Notes: generated by a model from the sequence alone, not told the origin. A DNA stretch of 64,000 nucleotides from Candidatus Aminicenantes bacterium (GCA_963702005.1 OY969696.1:480001-544000), one strand, 5' to 3'. Counted from the stretch's first letter, positions 35,935-45,434 are shown. Translations and numbers: made by a program.

Positions 35935-36628
35935 GGTCCGCCGGGGATTTTGCCGAGCGGTCCTGGTCACCGTGGCCGCAGCCGCTCTGTCCACTTGCGC
36001 GGGAGGACCTCCCCGGCTCGCCCCCATCCCCGACGTCCTCACCAGCCTCGAGGGCGACGGCTCGCTGTCCCTGACCGGAACGGGGGGCACGGTCCGGTCC
36101 CGGTTCTCGTTCATCCTCCTCCCGCCCGCGCGGGCCCGGATCGATGTCTTCGACCCGCTGGGTCGCCTCGTCTATTTCCTCCTCATGACCGATGATGAAG
36201 CCTTGATGGCCGTCCCCTCCAAAAAGGCGTTCTGCCGCGGCAGCCAGGAAGAGGTCATCGCCCGGTTCCTGGGTTTCGGGCTGACTCCGCGCGAGATGGC
36301 GAGCCTTTTGACCGGGCGCTGGCCCGAAAGCGGGCCGGGCGGAGAGAGGCCGGACGGCGAGGAATGGACTCTGCGGCGGGATGATAAGAACAGGATCGCC
36401 TCCGGCGAGCGGGACGGCCTTCGCTTCGAGGTTCGCGATTTTTTTCCCGGCTCGGGGGCCGCGCGCATCCTGACCTTCCTGCATGCGGATTCGCGGGGGC
36501 GGCTCAAGATCCACCACTTGGTATTCAACCGGCCCCGGCCCGGCGCGACCGAGGCCGCGTCCCTCCTCAAGGGCTACACCGAGAAGACCCGGCAGGAGAT
36601 GGAGACCCTCCTCGGCGATGAGGATTAA
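35915..36628 (+). CDS. Putative lipoprotein, LolB/DUF4292-like
   Basis: LSTC lipobox-like, ARIDVFDPLGR motif; occupies the lolB position immediately upstream of ispE. Confidence 0.55.
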   Translation: MASTSTEVRRGFCRAVLVTVAAAALSTCAGGPPRLAPIPDVLTSLEGDGSLSLTGTGGTVRSRFSFILLPPARARIDVFDPLGRLVYFLLMTDDEALMAVPSKKAFCRGSQEEVIARFLGFGLTPREMASLLTGRWPESGPGGERPDGEEWTLRRDDKNRIASGERDGLRFEVRDFFPGSGAARILTFLHADSRGRLKIHHLVFNRPRPGATEAASLLKGYTEKTRQEMETLLGDED

Positions 36629-37538
36629 ATCCTTCGCCAAGATCAACCTCGGGTTGGAGGTCCTCTCCCGGCGCGAGGACGGCTACCACGAGATCAAGAC
36701 CGTCTTTCAATCCGTCGGCCTTTTCGATATCATTCGGCTCGCCCGGCGGGACGATCCCGGCATCCTGCTGGCGGGGACCGATCCGTCCGTTCCCTGGGAC
36801 GAGACCAACCTTATTTTCAGGGCGGCCCGCCTGCTCCAGCAGGAGCACGGCGTCCGGAGGGGCGCGGAGATCTTCGTGGAAAAGAATATTCCTCCCGGCA
36901 AGGGCCTGGGAGGGGGGAGCAGCAACGCGGCCATGACCCTCTGGGCATTGTCCCGCCTCTGGGGCCTCCCGGAGGATAGCGCCGGCCTCCGGCGGCTGGC
37001 CGCCGGCTTGGGGGCCGATGTCCCCTATTTTCTGGAGGGCGGCCTCTGTCTGGGGACGGGCCGGGGCGACGTCCTGACTCCCCTCCCCGAGCGGCTCTCC
37101 CGGTTCTGCCTCATCATCCTCCCGTCCTTCCCGGTCCCGACGGCCCGGGTCTACGGCGCCCTGCCGGGCGTCCAGCGAATCGCAGCACCGGATGAGCCCT
37201 CGCCTGAAGGCCGGGGCGTCGAGGTGTTGACTTCGGGTGGGAAAGCGGGTAAAATTGACGCGTTTTTGAGGACGGACGAGCTTCGCTTCCTTGACAACGG
37301 ACTCGAAGAGACGATCTTTCGCCTCTTTCCTCAGATAAAAGGAATAAAGAGCCTCATCCAAAGCCTGGGGCCGGAATTGTCCCTGGTCAGCGGATCGGGC
37401 TCGGCGGTGTTCGGACTCTTCAGGGAAAGAGCGGCCGCCGAGGCGGCCCTCCAGACGGCCGGGGCGAAGCACAGGGCCGTCCTCGTCGAGTTCGTGTCCC
37501 GCGAGCGCTACTGGGCAGAACTAAACGCTGGGGTGTAG
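36618..37538 (+). CDS. ispE: 4-diphosphocytidyl-2-C-methyl-D-erythritol kinase
   Basis: AKINLGL..RREDGYHEI, KNIPPGKGLGGGSSNAA, GADVPYF, SGSGSAVFG. Confidence 0.95.
   Translation: MRIKSFAKINLGLEVLSRREDGYHEIKTVFQSVGLFDIIRLARRDDPGILLAGTDPSVPWDETNLIFRAARLLQQEHGVRRGAEIFVEKNIPPGKGLGGGSSNAAMTLWALSRLWGLPEDSAGLRRLAAGLGADVPYFLEGGLCLGTGRGDVLTPLPERLSRFCLIILPSFPVPTARVYGALPGVQRIAAPDEPSPEGRGVEVLTSGGKAGKIDAFLRTDELRFLDNGLEETIFRLFPQIKGIKSLIQSLGPELSLVSGSGSAVFGLFRERAAAEAALQTAGAKHRAVLVEFVSRERYWAELNAGV
37227..37255 (+). promoter_or_regulatory. Promoter internal to ispE, likely driving tRNA-Gln-prs-rplY-pth
   Basis: TTGACT-N17-TAAAAT inside the ispE codons LTSGGKAGKI. Confidence 0.6.
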
Positions 37539-37600
37539 CCAAGCGGTAAGGCAGCGGACTTTGGATCCGCCATCCGGAGGTTCGAATCCTCCCGCCCCAG
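37529..37600 (+). tRNA. tRNA-Gln (anticodon TTG); CCA end not encoded
   Basis: TGGGGTGTAGCCAAGCGGTAAGGCAGCGGACTTTGGATCCGCCATCCGGAGGTTCGAATCCTCCCGCCCCAG folds to a cloverleaf; followed by TCA. Confidence 0.95.
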
Positions 37601-37673
37601 TCAGAGAAGACATTAGACGCATATAGATGAGAGGCGAGTTCGTGAGCATGAGACGACAGATAAGGAAGGAACC

Positions 37674-38603
37674 ATGAAAGTTTTTTCCGGCTCCTCCAAT
37701 CCGGCGCTGGCTCGGGAGATCGTTCGCTATCTGAAGATGGACCTGGGCAAGAACGTCCTCAAGCGGTTCAACGACGGCGAGATCCGCTTCCACATCGACG
37801 AAAACGTCCGGGGCGAGGACGTCTTCGTCATCCAGTCCGGGAGCCCCGACGCCAACTTCCACCTCATGGAGCTCTTCCTGATGATCGACGCCTTCAAACG
37901 GGCCTCGGCCGAGCGGATCACCGTCGTCCTGCCCTACTACTGCTACGCCCGCCAGGACTGGAAGGATCGGCCGCGGGTCCCGATCTCGGCCCGCCTGGTC
38001 GCCGACCTGATCGAGAAGGCCGGCGCCAACCGGGTCCTGACCATGGACCTCCATTCCCCCCAGATTCAGGGGTTCTTCTCGATTCCGGTCGACAACCTGA
38101 TGGCGGCCCCGGTCTTGGCCAAGCATATTCAGCGCCTCAAACTCCGCAACCTGATCGTTGTCTCCCCGGACGCGGGCGGCGTCGGCCGGGCCCGGGTCAT
38201 GGCTAAGCGGGTTAAGGCCATGCTGGCCATCATCGACAAGCGGCGGCCGGCCCCCGGAGTCGCCGAAGTCCTTCACGTCATCGGCGAGGTCAAGGGTTAT
38301 GACTGCATCATCTTCGACGACATGGTCGATACGGCCGGCACCTTCGTCCTGTCCGCCGAAGCCCTCAAGCGGGAGGGCGCCCGCCGCGTCTTCGCCGCCT
38401 GCACCCACCCCGTTCTGTCCGGCCCCGCCGTCGAAAGGATCATGGGGTCCCCGATCGAGAAGATAATCGTCACCAACACGATTCCTTTGACCGAGGCCTC
38501 GAAAGTCTGTCCCAAGATCGAGGTCCTGTCGGTCGCCGAGCTGTTCGGCGAAGCCATCCGGAGGATCAACGAAGGCAGCTCGGTCAGCTCTCTGTTCGTT
38601 TGA
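37674..38603 (+). CDS. prs: Ribose-phosphate pyrophosphokinase
   Basis: RFNDGE, YARQD, MDLHSPQIQGFF, VSPDAGG, DDMVDTAGT. Confidence 0.97.
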   Translation: MKVFSGSSNPALAREIVRYLKMDLGKNVLKRFNDGEIRFHIDENVRGEDVFVIQSGSPDANFHLMELFLMIDAFKRASAERITVVLPYYCYARQDWKDRPRVPISARLVADLIEKAGANRVLTMDLHSPQIQGFFSIPVDNLMAAPVLAKHIQRLKLRNLIVVSPDAGGVGRARVMAKRVKAMLAIIDKRRPAPGVAEVLHVIGEVKGYDCIIFDDMVDTAGTFVLSAEALKREGARRVFAACTHPVLSGPAVERIMGSPIEKIIVTNTIPLTEASKVCPKIEVLSVAELFGEAIRRINEGSSVSSLFV

Positions 38604-38619
38604 CAAAGGAGAACACGCC

Positions 38620-39285
38620 ATGGCCATCGTCGTCAAGAGCGAACGCAGGGACGCTTTCGGCAAGAACGCCTCCCGCCGGATCCGGATGAAAGGGAAGGTC
38701 CCGGCCATCCTCTACGGGGAGGGGATCGACAACGTCCCCCTCGTTCTGGACAAGACAGACGTCTTCCGGATCATGCGGTCCGACACGAAAGAGAACACGA
38801 TATTCCGGCTCGCCGTCGGTGCCGATGAGCGCGACGCCATGATCAAAGCCCTCCAGGTCGACCCGACGACCGACGAGCTCATCCACGCCGACCTCGTCCA
38901 GATCGCGATGGACAAGCTTATCCGGGTCTCCGTCCCGATCATCCCGGTCGGCGAGGCCATCGGCGTAAAGTCCGAGAGCGGCTTCATCGACCTCATCACC
39001 CGCCAGGTCGAGATCGAATGCCTGCCCAAGGACATCCCCGAGCATATCGAGGTCGACATCTCCGAGCTCCACATCAACCAATCCCTCAAGGTCGAGAACG
39101 CGGTTCCCCCGCCCGGCGTCCGGATCCTGACCGAGCCGGGAACGGTCCTCGTCCTGATCGCGATGCCGCACAAGGAAGAGGTGGTGGCCGAGGTCAAGCC
39201 CGAGGAAGAGGCGGTGGCGGCCGAACCCAAGGAGCCCGAGCTCATCAAGAAAGAGCGGGCCGTGGAAGAGAAAGAGGAGAAGTGA
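38620..39285 (+). CDS. rplY: 50S ribosomal protein L25 / Ctc (long form)
   Basis: GKNASRRIR..GKVPAILYG, IHADL, CLPKDIPEHIEVDISEL. Confidence 0.95.
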   Translation: MAIVVKSERRDAFGKNASRRIRMKGKVPAILYGEGIDNVPLVLDKTDVFRIMRSDTKENTIFRLAVGADERDAMIKALQVDPTTDELIHADLVQIAMDKLIRVSVPIIPVGEAIGVKSESGFIDLITRQVEIECLPKDIPEHIEVDISELHINQSLKVENAVPPPGVRILTEPGTVLVLIAMPHKEEVVAEVKPEEEAVAAEPKEPELIKKERAVEEKEEK

Positions 39286-39288
39286 TCG

Positions 39289-39864
39289 GTGTGGGCCGTC
39301 GTCGGCCTGGGCAATCCGGGCCAGGAATACGCCGGGACGCGGCATAACGCCGGGTTCGCCTTCGTCCAGGGCGTGGCCCGGGATTGGAACGTCCGGCTCA
39401 AAAAGCGGAAGTTCAGGGCCAGGATGGCCGAGGTCTCCCGGGGCCGCGAGACGATCCTGCTGGCCCAGCCCCAGACCTTTATGAACGAGAGCGGCCGATC
39501 GGTCCGTCTTCTCCTCCAGGGGACCGGCCTCTCCGCCGAGCGCCTCGTCGTCGTCTATGACGACCTCGACATCCGCCTGGGAGAGATCCGGGTCCGCAAG
39601 GAAGGGCGGCCCGGGACCCACAAGGGCATGAAGTCCATCGTGGACGAGATCGGGACGACCCGCTTCCCCCGGATCCGGGTCGGGATCGGCCCCCTGCCGG
39701 AGGGCGAGGACGCCGCCGAGTTCGTCCTGGCCCCGTTCGCCGGCGACGAACGCCCGGCCTTTGAGGCGAGTCTGGAACGGGCCCGCCAGGCCCTCGATTT
39801 CGTCCTGGCCGGCCGGCTCGATAAGGCCATGACGGCCTTCAACCAAAAAACGGGAGATTCCTGA
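39289..39864 (+). CDS. pth: Peptidyl-tRNA hydrolase
   Basis: VGLGNPGQEYAGTRHNAGF, PQTFMNESG, YDDLD, HKGMKS, RIRVGIG. Confidence 0.96.
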   Translation: MWAVVGLGNPGQEYAGTRHNAGFAFVQGVARDWNVRLKKRKFRARMAEVSRGRETILLAQPQTFMNESGRSVRLLLQGTGLSAERLVVVYDDLDIRLGEIRVRKEGRPGTHKGMKSIVDEIGTTRFPRIRVGIGPLPEGEDAAEFVLAPFAGDERPAFEASLERARQALDFVLAGRLDKAMTAFNQKTGDS

Positions 39865-39872
39865 GCCGAGTA

Positions 39873-39963
39873 TGGTATGATGGTCGGAGCATGAGATAAA
39901 CGAAAGAAGCTCTCCTTGTTCCTTCCCCTAAGAGGAGGAGCTTGATATCCATAAGGAGGATCG
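39873..39963 (+). promoter_or_regulatory. Extended -10 promoter and putative S6:S18-binding leader RNA
   Basis: TGGTATGAT at 39873-81. CTCCTTG can pair with TAAGGAG (the SD); inner TTCCTTCC/GGAGGAG helix; CCA next to the SD. Confidence 0.5.
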
Positions 39964-40377
39964 ATGAAGCAGTACGAAACGGGCTTTTTGCTCGCCCCCA
40001 ACCTGACCGATGACGAATCGGAAAAAATCATCCAGCAGATGGCCGAGGTCGTCGCCCAGAAGAACGGGCGGATGACCAGGATCGACCGCTGGGGAAAGCG
40101 CAAGACGGCTTACCAGATCGGGAAATTCGGCGAGGCCAGCTACGTCTTCTTCCACTACGAGGGAAGCGCGGACATCCCCCATGAGCTCCAGCGGCGCTTC
40201 AAGCAGATGGACACCGTTCTCCGCTACCTGACCCTCGCCAAGGACGCCCGCGACAACGTCCGCAAGAAGCGGAAGGCCGAAGCCGAGGCCCGCAAGCGGG
40301 CCCGCGGGCCGGCCGAGGAGGGCGGCGAGCCGGCCGCGGCCGAAGCCGGCGCCAGAGACGCCCGAGAGGAGAAGTGA
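39964..40377 (+). CDS. rpsF: 30S ribosomal protein S6
   Basis: [22 protein letters not shown]. Confidence 0.93.
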   Translation: MKQYETGFLLAPNLTDDESEKIIQQMAEVVAQKNGRMTRIDRWGKRKTAYQIGKFGEASYVFFHYEGSADIPHELQRRFKQMDTVLRYLTLAKDARDNVRKKRKAEAEARKRARGPAEEGGEPAAAEAGARDAREEK

Positions 40378-40378
40378 C

Positions 40379-40663
40379 ATGGTTCGAGACGAACGCAGCG
40401 AAAGGCCCGAGCGGTCCGAACGATCGGAGAGGCCGCCCTACCGGAAATATTTCCCGCCCAAGCGGAAGTTCTGCCGGTTCTGCCAGCGGAACATCAAGAC
40501 GATCGACTACAAGAGCGTCGACATCCTCCGCAAGTACATCCCGGACCGGGGCAAGATTTCCCCCCGGCGCATCACCGGGACGTGCGCCTTCCATCAGCGG
40601 AAGCTGGCCGAGGCCGTCAAGCGGGCGCGGCTGATGGCCCTCGTCCCCTTCGTCGAGGATTGA
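40379..40663 (+). CDS. rpsR: 30S ribosomal protein S18
   Basis: [42 protein letters not shown]. Confidence 0.96.
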   Translation: MVRDERSERPERSERSERPPYRKYFPPKRKFCRFCQRNIKTIDYKSVDILRKYIPDRGKISPRRITGTCAFHQRKLAEAVKRARLMALVPFVED

Positions 40664-40690
40664 GGCCGGCCGCCCCCCGAGGAGGACTCC

Positions 40691-41167
40691 ATGAAGGTCA
40701 TCCTGAAGCAAGACGTCGAGAACGTGGGGCATCGCGGGGACGTCGTCAACGTCTCCCGCGGCTATGGGAGGAATTTTCTCATCCCGCGCCGGCTGGCGAC
40801 CGAGGTCACGGCCTCCAACCTGAAAACGATCGAGCTTGAGAAGAAGGTCCTCAAGAAGAAGAACGACGAGGAGCGCCTCTCCTTCCAGGGCCTGATCGAG
40901 AAGTTGAACGCTGTGACCCTGACCTTCGTCCGCAAAGCGGGCGAGAAGGACCACATCTTCGGCTCGGTAAGCGCCGGCGACATCAAGGAAGGGCTGGCCG
41001 GACTCGGCTTCGACATCGACAAGAAAAAGATCGGCCTCGACGAGCCGATCAAGCGGCTGGGCCATTTCACCATCCCGGTCAAGGTCTACCACGACGACAA
41101 AGCCGAGATCCGGGTCGAGATCAAGCCCGAGGAAGAGGCGGCCGAAGGAACGACGGCCAAGAGCTGA
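40691..41167 (+). CDS. rplI: 50S ribosomal protein L9
   Basis: MKVILKQDVENVG..GDVVNVSRGYGRNFLIP, FGSVS, PIKRLG. Confidence 0.96.
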   Translation: MKVILKQDVENVGHRGDVVNVSRGYGRNFLIPRRLATEVTASNLKTIELEKKVLKKKNDEERLSFQGLIEKLNAVTLTFVRKAGEKDHIFGSVSAGDIKEGLAGLGFDIDKKKIGLDEPIKRLGHFTIPVKVYHDDKAEIRVEIKPEEEAAEGTTAKS

Positions 41168-41207
41168 CGAGGGCCCGCCGCGGGCCCGGGAACGGGGGAG
41201 GGACGCC

Positions 41208-42569
41208 GTGGACCTCGATTTGATGTTTTTGAAGAAAACGCCTCCGTACAGTCCGGAGGCGGAGCGGACCGTCCTGGGCGGGATTCTGGTCAGCAACCAG
41301 AATCTCAACGTCGTCCTGTCCTTGATCGCGCCCGAGGACTTCTACAAGGAAGCCCACCTCAAGATCCTGGAGCGGATGATCGCCCTCGTCGACAAAGACC
41401 TTCCGGTCGACCTGATCGCCCTCAGCGAGGAATGCCAGCGGGCCGGGATTCTCGAAGAGGTCGGCGGCGCTTCCTACCTAGCCTCCCTCATGGACGGAGT
41501 CCCGCGCAGTCTCAACGTCGAGTACTACGCCCGGATCATCAAGGAGAAGGCCCTCCTGCGCCGGCTCATCCTGTCGTCGGCCCGGATCATCTCCGAGAGC
41601 TACGACCAGAGGGAGGACGCCGACGTCCTTCTCAACGAGGCCCAGACGGCCATCATCGACATCGCGGAGCAAAGAATCAAGCCCGGCTTCGTGCCGCTCC
41701 GGGCTCTGACCGGGCCGACGCTGGGCATCATCGAGAAGCTGGCCCAGCGGCGCGACGCCGTGACCGGGGTCCCCTCCGGCTACCGCTCCCTGGACAACTA
41801 CACGTCGGGATTCCACAGCTCCGAGTTCATCGTCGTGGCCGCCCGGCCCTCGATGGGCAAGACGGCCCTCTGTCTCAACATCGCCCAGCACGTCGGATCC
41901 CGGACCGAATACGCCGCCGGATTCTTTTCGATGGAAATGGCCAAGGAACAGATCGTCATCCGGATGCTCTGCGCCGACGCCAACCTCGACATCCAGAAGG
42001 TCCGCAAGGGATTCATCAGCGAGCGGGAGTTCGAGAAGCTCAAGCTCAGCGCCGAGACGCTCAGCCAGGCCCGGGTCTTCCTGGACGAGACGCCGGCCCT
42101 GACCGTCATGGAGATGAAGGCCAAGGCCCGCCGCCTCAAGATGGAGCGTAACCTCGACATCCTGTTTATCGACTACATTCAGCTCATGCGGGCGGGCGGC
42201 CGCTTCGAAAACCGCAACCAGGAGATGTCCTTCATCTCCCGCTCCCTCAAGGAACTGGCCAAGGAAATCCAGATCCCGGTCGTCGGGATCTCCCAGCTCA
42301 GCCGGGCCCCGGAGAAAAGGGGAGGAGGGAGAGAGCAGCGGCCGCTCTTATCCGACCTGCGGGAATCGGGCGCCATCGAGCAGGATGCGGACGTCGTCAT
42401 CTTCATCTACCGGGAAGAACTCTATAAGCCCGATAACGAAGAGGTGAAGGGCATGGCCGACATTATCATCGCCAAACAGCGGAACGGCCCGGTCGGGGCC
42501 GTCAAGATGGCCTTCCTCCACAATTGCGCCCGGTTCGCGGACGCCGAATTCCAGTACCCGGAGGCCTGA
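41208..42569 (+). CDS. dnaB: Replicative DNA helicase
   Basis: PPYSPEAE, AARPSMGKT, FSMEM, IDYIQLM, SQLSR, DLRESGAIEQDAD, AKQRNGP; no intein. Confidence 0.97.
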   Translation: MDLDLMFLKKTPPYSPEAERTVLGGILVSNQNLNVVLSLIAPEDFYKEAHLKILERMIALVDKDLPVDLIALSEECQRAGILEEVGGASYLASLMDGVPRSLNVEYYARIIKEKALLRRLILSSARIISESYDQREDADVLLNEAQTAIIDIAEQRIKPGFVPLRALTGPTLGIIEKLAQRRDAVTGVPSGYRSLDNYTSGFHSSEFIVVAARPSMGKTALCLNIAQHVGSRTEYAAGFFSMEMAKEQIVIRMLCADANLDIQKVRKGFISEREFEKLKLSAETLSQARVFLDETPALTVMEMKAKARRLKMERNLDILFIDYIQLMRAGGRFENRNQEMSFISRSLKELAKEIQIPVVGISQLSRAPEKRGGGREQRPLLSDLRESGAIEQDADVVIFIYREELYKPDNEEVKGMADIIIAKQRNGPVGAVKMAFLHNCARFADAEFQYPEA

Positions 42570-42573
42570 CGCC

Positions 42574-43365
42574 ATGCCGTTCTCCCTCCATCGCCGCTAC
42601 ACGATCATATTTCTGGAGCAGCTGGGCGAGGTCGGCATCCTCATCGTCCGTACGCTTCGGAGCATCTTCCGCCGGCGTTGGGAGAGAGGGATGCTCGTCC
42701 GGCAGCTCGAGGAGATCGGCGTCCGCAGCATCCCGGTCGTCTCCCTGACGGCGGCCTTCGGAGGCCTTGTCTTCGGCCTCCAAACCTATATCGGCTTCCA
42801 CCGCTACATCGGGGCGGGCTCCGAGGCCTACGCGGGCCCGATCATCTCTCTGGGGCTGTCCAAGGAGCTCATCCCCCTGCTGGTCGCCATCATGGTCTCG
42901 GGCCGGGTCGGCTCGGCCATGGCCGCCCAGATCGGGACGATGAAGATCACCGAACAGATCGACGCCCTGTTCAGCCTGGGCGCCGATCCCGTCCGCTACC
43001 TCGTCGCCCCCCGGGCGATCGCCAGCGTCATCATGGTCCCCTGCTTGACCATGTTCGGTGACTTGGTCGGTATGGCCGCCGGGTACTTCTACATCGTGAT
43101 CGCCATGGGCGTCAATCGCTATGTCTATCTCCAGAACACGATGCTCTACCTGGAAATCTGGGATGTCGCGACGGGCTTGATCAAGGCCGCCGTCTTCGGG
43201 GCCGTGATCGCCATCGTCGGCTGCTGGCAGGGCCTGAAGACGCGGGGCGGCGCCGAGGGGGTCGGCCGGGCGACGACGCGGACCGTCGTCATCTCGAGCA
43301 TCACGATCCTCATCCTGAACTTCTTCCTGAGCAAGGCCCTGCCGGCCAACCTCAGTCTCAAATGA
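42574..43365 (+). CDS. mlaE: MlaE-family ABC permease
   Basis: GRVGSAMAAQIGTMKITEQIDAL, GGAEGVGRATT. Confidence 0.92.
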   Translation: MPFSLHRRYTIIFLEQLGEVGILIVRTLRSIFRRRWERGMLVRQLEEIGVRSIPVVSLTAAFGGLVFGLQTYIGFHRYIGAGSEAYAGPIISLGLSKELIPLLVAIMVSGRVGSAMAAQIGTMKITEQIDALFSLGADPVRYLVAPRAIASVIMVPCLTMFGDLVGMAAGYFYIVIAMGVNRYVYLQNTMLYLEIWDVATGLIKAAVFGAVIAIVGCWQGLKTRGGAEGVGRATTRTVVISSITILILNFFLSKALPANLSLK

Positions 43366-44114
43366 CCATGATCAGAATCGTCGACCTCCACAGGGCTTTC
43401 GGGAAGAACGAAGTCCTGCGAGGCGTCGACCTCGAAGTCCGCCGCGGCGAGACCATGGTCGTCATCGGGCAAAGCGGCTCGGGCAAGAGCGTCCTTATCA
43501 AGCTCCTGATCGGGCTCCTCAAGCCCGACCGGGGCGAGATCTACGTCGACGGGAGCGAGGTCAGCCGGCTCCGGGGGGACGCCCTCCAGAAAGTGACCCG
43601 GAAGTTCGGAATGCTCTTCCAGGGGGCGGCACTGTTCGACTCGTTGACGGTCGGACAAAACGTTCGGTTCGGCCTCGAGCGCTACACCTCCTACACCAGC
43701 GACGAGATGGACGGGATCGTGACCGACTGCCTGGCCAAGGTCGGGCTGCGCGGCGTCGAGCGCCTGATGCCCCACGAGCTGAGCGGGGGAATGAAGAAGC
43801 GGGTCGGCCTGGCCCGGGCCATCGCCTACAGCCCCGACATCATGCTCTATGACGAGCCCTCGACCGGGATCGACCCGATCCGGGCCGACGCCATCAACGA
43901 CCTCATCAACGTCATGAAAACCGAGCTCCGGGTGACTTCGATCGTCATCACTCACGACATGGTCAGCTCCTACAAGGTCGCCGACCGGATCGCCATGCTC
44001 CACGACGGCCGCATCATCGAAGTCGGGACGCCGCGCGAGATCCAGCACTCACGGAATCCCGTCGTCCAGCAGTTCATCCGCGGGGAGGCGGAGGGACCGA
44101 TTAAGATTTTTTGA
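43362..44114 (+). CDS. mlaF: MlaF-family ABC ATPase
   Basis: GQSGSGKS, FQGAALFDSLTV, ELSGGMKKRVGLARA, YDEPSTGIDP. Confidence 0.92.
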   Translation: MTMIRIVDLHRAFGKNEVLRGVDLEVRRGETMVVIGQSGSGKSVLIKLLIGLLKPDRGEIYVDGSEVSRLRGDALQKVTRKFGMLFQGAALFDSLTVGQNVRFGLERYTSYTSDEMDGIVTDCLAKVGLRGVERLMPHELSGGMKKRVGLARAIAYSPDIMLYDEPSTGIDPIRADAINDLINVMKTELRVTSIVITHDMVSSYKVADRIAMLHDGRIIEVGTPREIQHSRNPVVQQFIRGEAEGPIKIF

Positions 44115-44126
44115 AGGGAACGAACG

Positions 44127-45434
44127 ATGAGTCGCGAACTTAAAATCGGAATCTTTCTGGCCTGCACGCTGGCCATCATGGCCGTATTCATCTTCATCGT
44201 CGGGGACTTGGGCCGGCTGTTCCAGAAACCCGGCTATCCCCTGACCGCGACCTTCGACACGGCGGCCGGCGTCGACGTCGGCGTCCTAGTCCGGGTCGCC
44301 GGGATCAAGGTCGGCCGGGTCAAACGGATTGAGCTCGTTGGGACCAAGGCCCGCTTCACCTTGGTCGTCATGCCTTCCTTCCATGTCCCGCGCGGGTCCC
44401 GGGCGACCCAGGCGATCCTGGGGCTCCTGGGCGAAAAGTACATCGAGATCCTGCCCGGCCCCGGTCCGGGCTACTACGAGCCGGGGAGCGAGATCGAGGG
44501 CGTGACGCCGATCAGCTTCGACCAGATCGGGAACCTTTTTCTCTCGATCGGGGGCGAGATTAAAGACCTGAGCGCGACGTTGAAAGAAATGGTGAACGAC
44601 GAATCCCGGAAGAACGTCAAGGACATCCTGCAGAACATGTCGGCTTTCACATCCGATCTCGACGGATTCTTGGCGAAGAATAAGGACGGGCTCAGCCGGT
44701 CGATCCAGGGTTCGAGCCAGGCCGTCCAGGACTTCGACCGGAAGGTCCAGGAAATCTCCGGGGCCATGACCGAAGCCATCGCATCCGTCAAGGGATTGGC
44801 CGAGGACAACAGAGAAAGCGTTCGGACCAGCCTGGACCGGATCAAGGACATCCTGTCCCGGATGGACGAGGTCGTCCGCCTCATGAAGGAGACCCTGGAC
44901 AAGATCGACAAGGGGGAAGGGACGCTGGGAAAGCTCGTCCGCGAGCCCGGCCTCTACGACCGGGTCGAGGAAACCGTGGACAAGGCCCGCTCCGTCCTCG
45001 GCCCCGTTTCGGCCCTGCGGGCGGACCTGGCCTTCAGGACCGACTACTACGGGGAGAGCGACAAGCTCAAGAGCGCGCTGTCCCTGGCCGTCTGGCCGAA
45101 CTCCACGTCCCTCGTCCTGGCCGGCATCGCCAGCGATCCCTGGCGGGACCGATTCACCTATTCACTGCAGGGCGGTCTGCGCTGGAAAAACTTCGTGCCC
45201 CGAGCCGGGATCATCGAGTCCGAGTTCGGGGCCGGCCTCGACTATCTGGCCTTCCGGGACCGCGTCGTCCTCAGCCTGGAGGGTTTCGATTTCAACCGGG
45301 AGCGGAACCCTCGATTCCGCCTATTTGGGCGTTGGACGCCTTTCGAGCATATCTCGATTCTGTTGGGCCTGGACGATGTCGCCGACGAGCGGGCGCGGGA
45401 GGTCTTTTTCGGGTTCGGAATCCACAGCCGATGA
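44127..45434 (+). CDS. mlaD: Long MlaD/MCE protein with a helical stalk and a beta-rich C-terminal domain
   Basis: N-terminal TM, MCE motifs (VRVAGIKVGRV, GLLGEKYIEI.PG), heptad-rich middle, GEGTLGKLV, alternating beta strands ending FFGFGIHSR. Confidence 0.85.
   Translation: MSRELKIGIFLACTLAIMAVFIFIVGDLGRLFQKPGYPLTATFDTAAGVDVGVLVRVAGIKVGRVKRIELVGTKARFTLVVMPSFHVPRGSRATQAILGLLGEKYIEILPGPGPGYYEPGSEIEGVTPISFDQIGNLFLSIGGEIKDLSATLKEMVNDESRKNVKDILQNMSAFTSDLDGFLAKNKDGLSRSIQGSSQAVQDFDRKVQEISGAMTEAIASVKGLAEDNRESVRTSLDRIKDILSRMDEVVRLMKETLDKIDKGEGTLGKLVREPGLYDRVEETVDKARSVLGPVSALRADLAFRTDYYGESDKLKSALSLAVWPNSTSLVLAGIASDPWRDRFTYSLQGGLRWKNFVPRAGIIESEFGAGLDYLAFRDRVVLSLEGFDFNRERNPRFRLFGRWTPFEHISILLGLDDVADERAREVFFGFGIHSR

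Noticed and set aside
37529-37673. tRNA-Gln as an integration site for a genomic island
   Set aside because: It is followed directly by prs in the conserved order; no integrase or duplicated tRNA 3' end was seen.
41208-42569. Intein in DnaB or PolA
   Set aside because: Lengths are normal and the motifs are contiguous.
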